Shown here piece by piece: positions 62,716 to 64,000 of a stretch of DNA of 64,000 nucleotides. This DNA is from Schizochytrium sp. TIO01 (Eukaryota > Protista > Bigyra: Labyrinthulomycetes): NCBI GenBank assembly GCA_004764695.1, contig SMSO01000004.1, positions 744,001-808,000 of the forward strand, read 5' to 3'. The notes beneath the pieces were generated by a model. That model did no database searches and was not told the DNA's origin. It saw only the letters and a program-made list of their open reading frames with translations. Both the position numbers and the translations under genes were made by a program. Each line of letters begins with the position of its first letter. The first letter of the stretch is position 1.

Positions 62716-63169
62716 TGTTTGTTTGTTTGATAAACATTAGTTCATTCATTCATTAGTTCACTCATTCATTAGTTCATTCACTCATTCATTCACTCATTCA
62801 TTCACTCATTCATTCACTCATTCATTCACTCATTCATTCACTCATTCATTCACTCATTCATTCACTCATTCATTCACTCATTCATTCACTCATTCATTCA
62901 CTCATTAGTTCATTCATTTATAAAGCCATAGAAACAAACTGTTCTGTATTCGTCACTTTTTTACACTAAGTTGATGACGACAGAACAGAAATGATGATAT
63001 GAAATGATGTGAAATGATGTGAATTGATATGAATTGATATGAATTGATATGAATTGATATGAATTGGTGTTATCACGATACGGATACGATCATGCGATTT
63101 AAAAAAACAAAAACAAAATAACAGAAACAAAAACAAAAACAGTGTTCTTTCTTTCTTTACTTTCTTTCT

Positions 63170-63212
<43 letters not shown>

Positions 63213-63635
63213 TACTTTTGTGTTGCGCTAAGTGCGCTAGGAGTCTCCCTAATGCCTGGCCCCTTTGGAAGTTGCTGGAAATGATTAAACCATCATTTTT
63301 GTTCTATCTCTCCTTTCTTTGTTACCCCCCTTCTACCCCGCGGCACTACCATTAACACTACGAGCGCCTCTCTTTCGTTCTTTCGTTCTTTCGTTCTTTC
63401 GTTCTTTCGTTCTTTCGTTCTTCTCGCAGGCAGTAAGTACAGTAGAGCCTGCTTAGCTACCTACCCCTGGATCTGTTCCTTTTCTCTTGCTTTGTTTGTT
63501 TTTGTTTCAACTCAAATTGAAACCAAACCACAAGCGCCATGGAAACCATAGAAAGCATGGTACACAGGAAACCAAACAATGAAACAAAACCCTTCGCAGT
63601 GAAAGAAGCAAAAGAGAAACGAACACCCTTCAGAT

Positions 63636-63680
<45 letters not shown>

Positions 63681-64000
63681 AACAGCAATAGCAACAATAA
63701 CAACAATAACAATAACAACAATAACAATAACAATAACAATGATAACAATAACAATGATAACAATGATAATAACAATAACTGAATGGAAAGTTTGGGACCT
63801 CGAAGAGGCATGCGGCAGTACAAATTTGTCTCCGCGACGTTCATGCGTGGCACCCTCGCAGGCGCCGGCTCGGGCGCGCGGGGGTGGCTCGGCTGGGCCT
63901 CCCTGGCCTTCGGCTGCCTCCCCGAGCCCTCCGCGCTGCTTCCCACGCCCTCGCTGCAGCTTCGAGCGCCATCATCACATCACTTCACATCACATCACAT
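62716..64000. repeat. Compound microsatellite block: (CATTCACTCATT)n, (GAATTGATAT)n, (TCAA)n, (TTCTTTCG)n, (AAC/AAT)n, (ATCAC)n
   Basis: Arrays at ~62736-62917, 62990-63066, 63171-63212, 63371-63422, 63635-63779 and 63975-64000. Confidence 0.92.

Noticed and set aside
63512-63946. Poly-Leu ORF, and the KERK-repeat ORF at 35541
   Set aside because: Translations of microsatellites.

Overview
Eukaryotic nuclear DNA from an intron-poor protist. Microsatellite-rich spacers, GTACGT donors and C-ending codon bias suggest a stramenopile, probably a thraustochytrid/labyrinthulomycete (inference). The gene-dense left arm holds a TauE/SafE-type transporter, a TBC Rab-GAP, a PPP1R42-like LRR protein, eIF2-gamma, two unknowns, Nnf1/PMF1, NECAP and TAF1B/Rrn7. 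A gene-poor ~23 kb middle holds only four tandem WrbA/flavodoxin-like quinone reductases, one with an N-myristoyl/polybasic extension. The right arm holds a membrane protein, a single-TM TKL kinase with QRD instead of HRD, a large degenerate GH38 mannosidase-like protein with Gly/Met-rich inserts, a divergent H2A(X)/H2B pair, BCKDHB and a microsatellite block. The best hidden signal is in the 1067-nt eIF2-gamma intron: two 143-nt copies (1 mismatch) of a two-hairpin RNA. Its 3' pocket matches the conserved 18S rRNA site GGUGAAAU-U-C-UUGGAU with canonical 14-nt spacing, but the boxes are non-canonical (AUA and AGA), so it is a duplicated atypical H/ACA guide RNA. Several single-base frame breaks in otherwise intact genes look like assembly indels.
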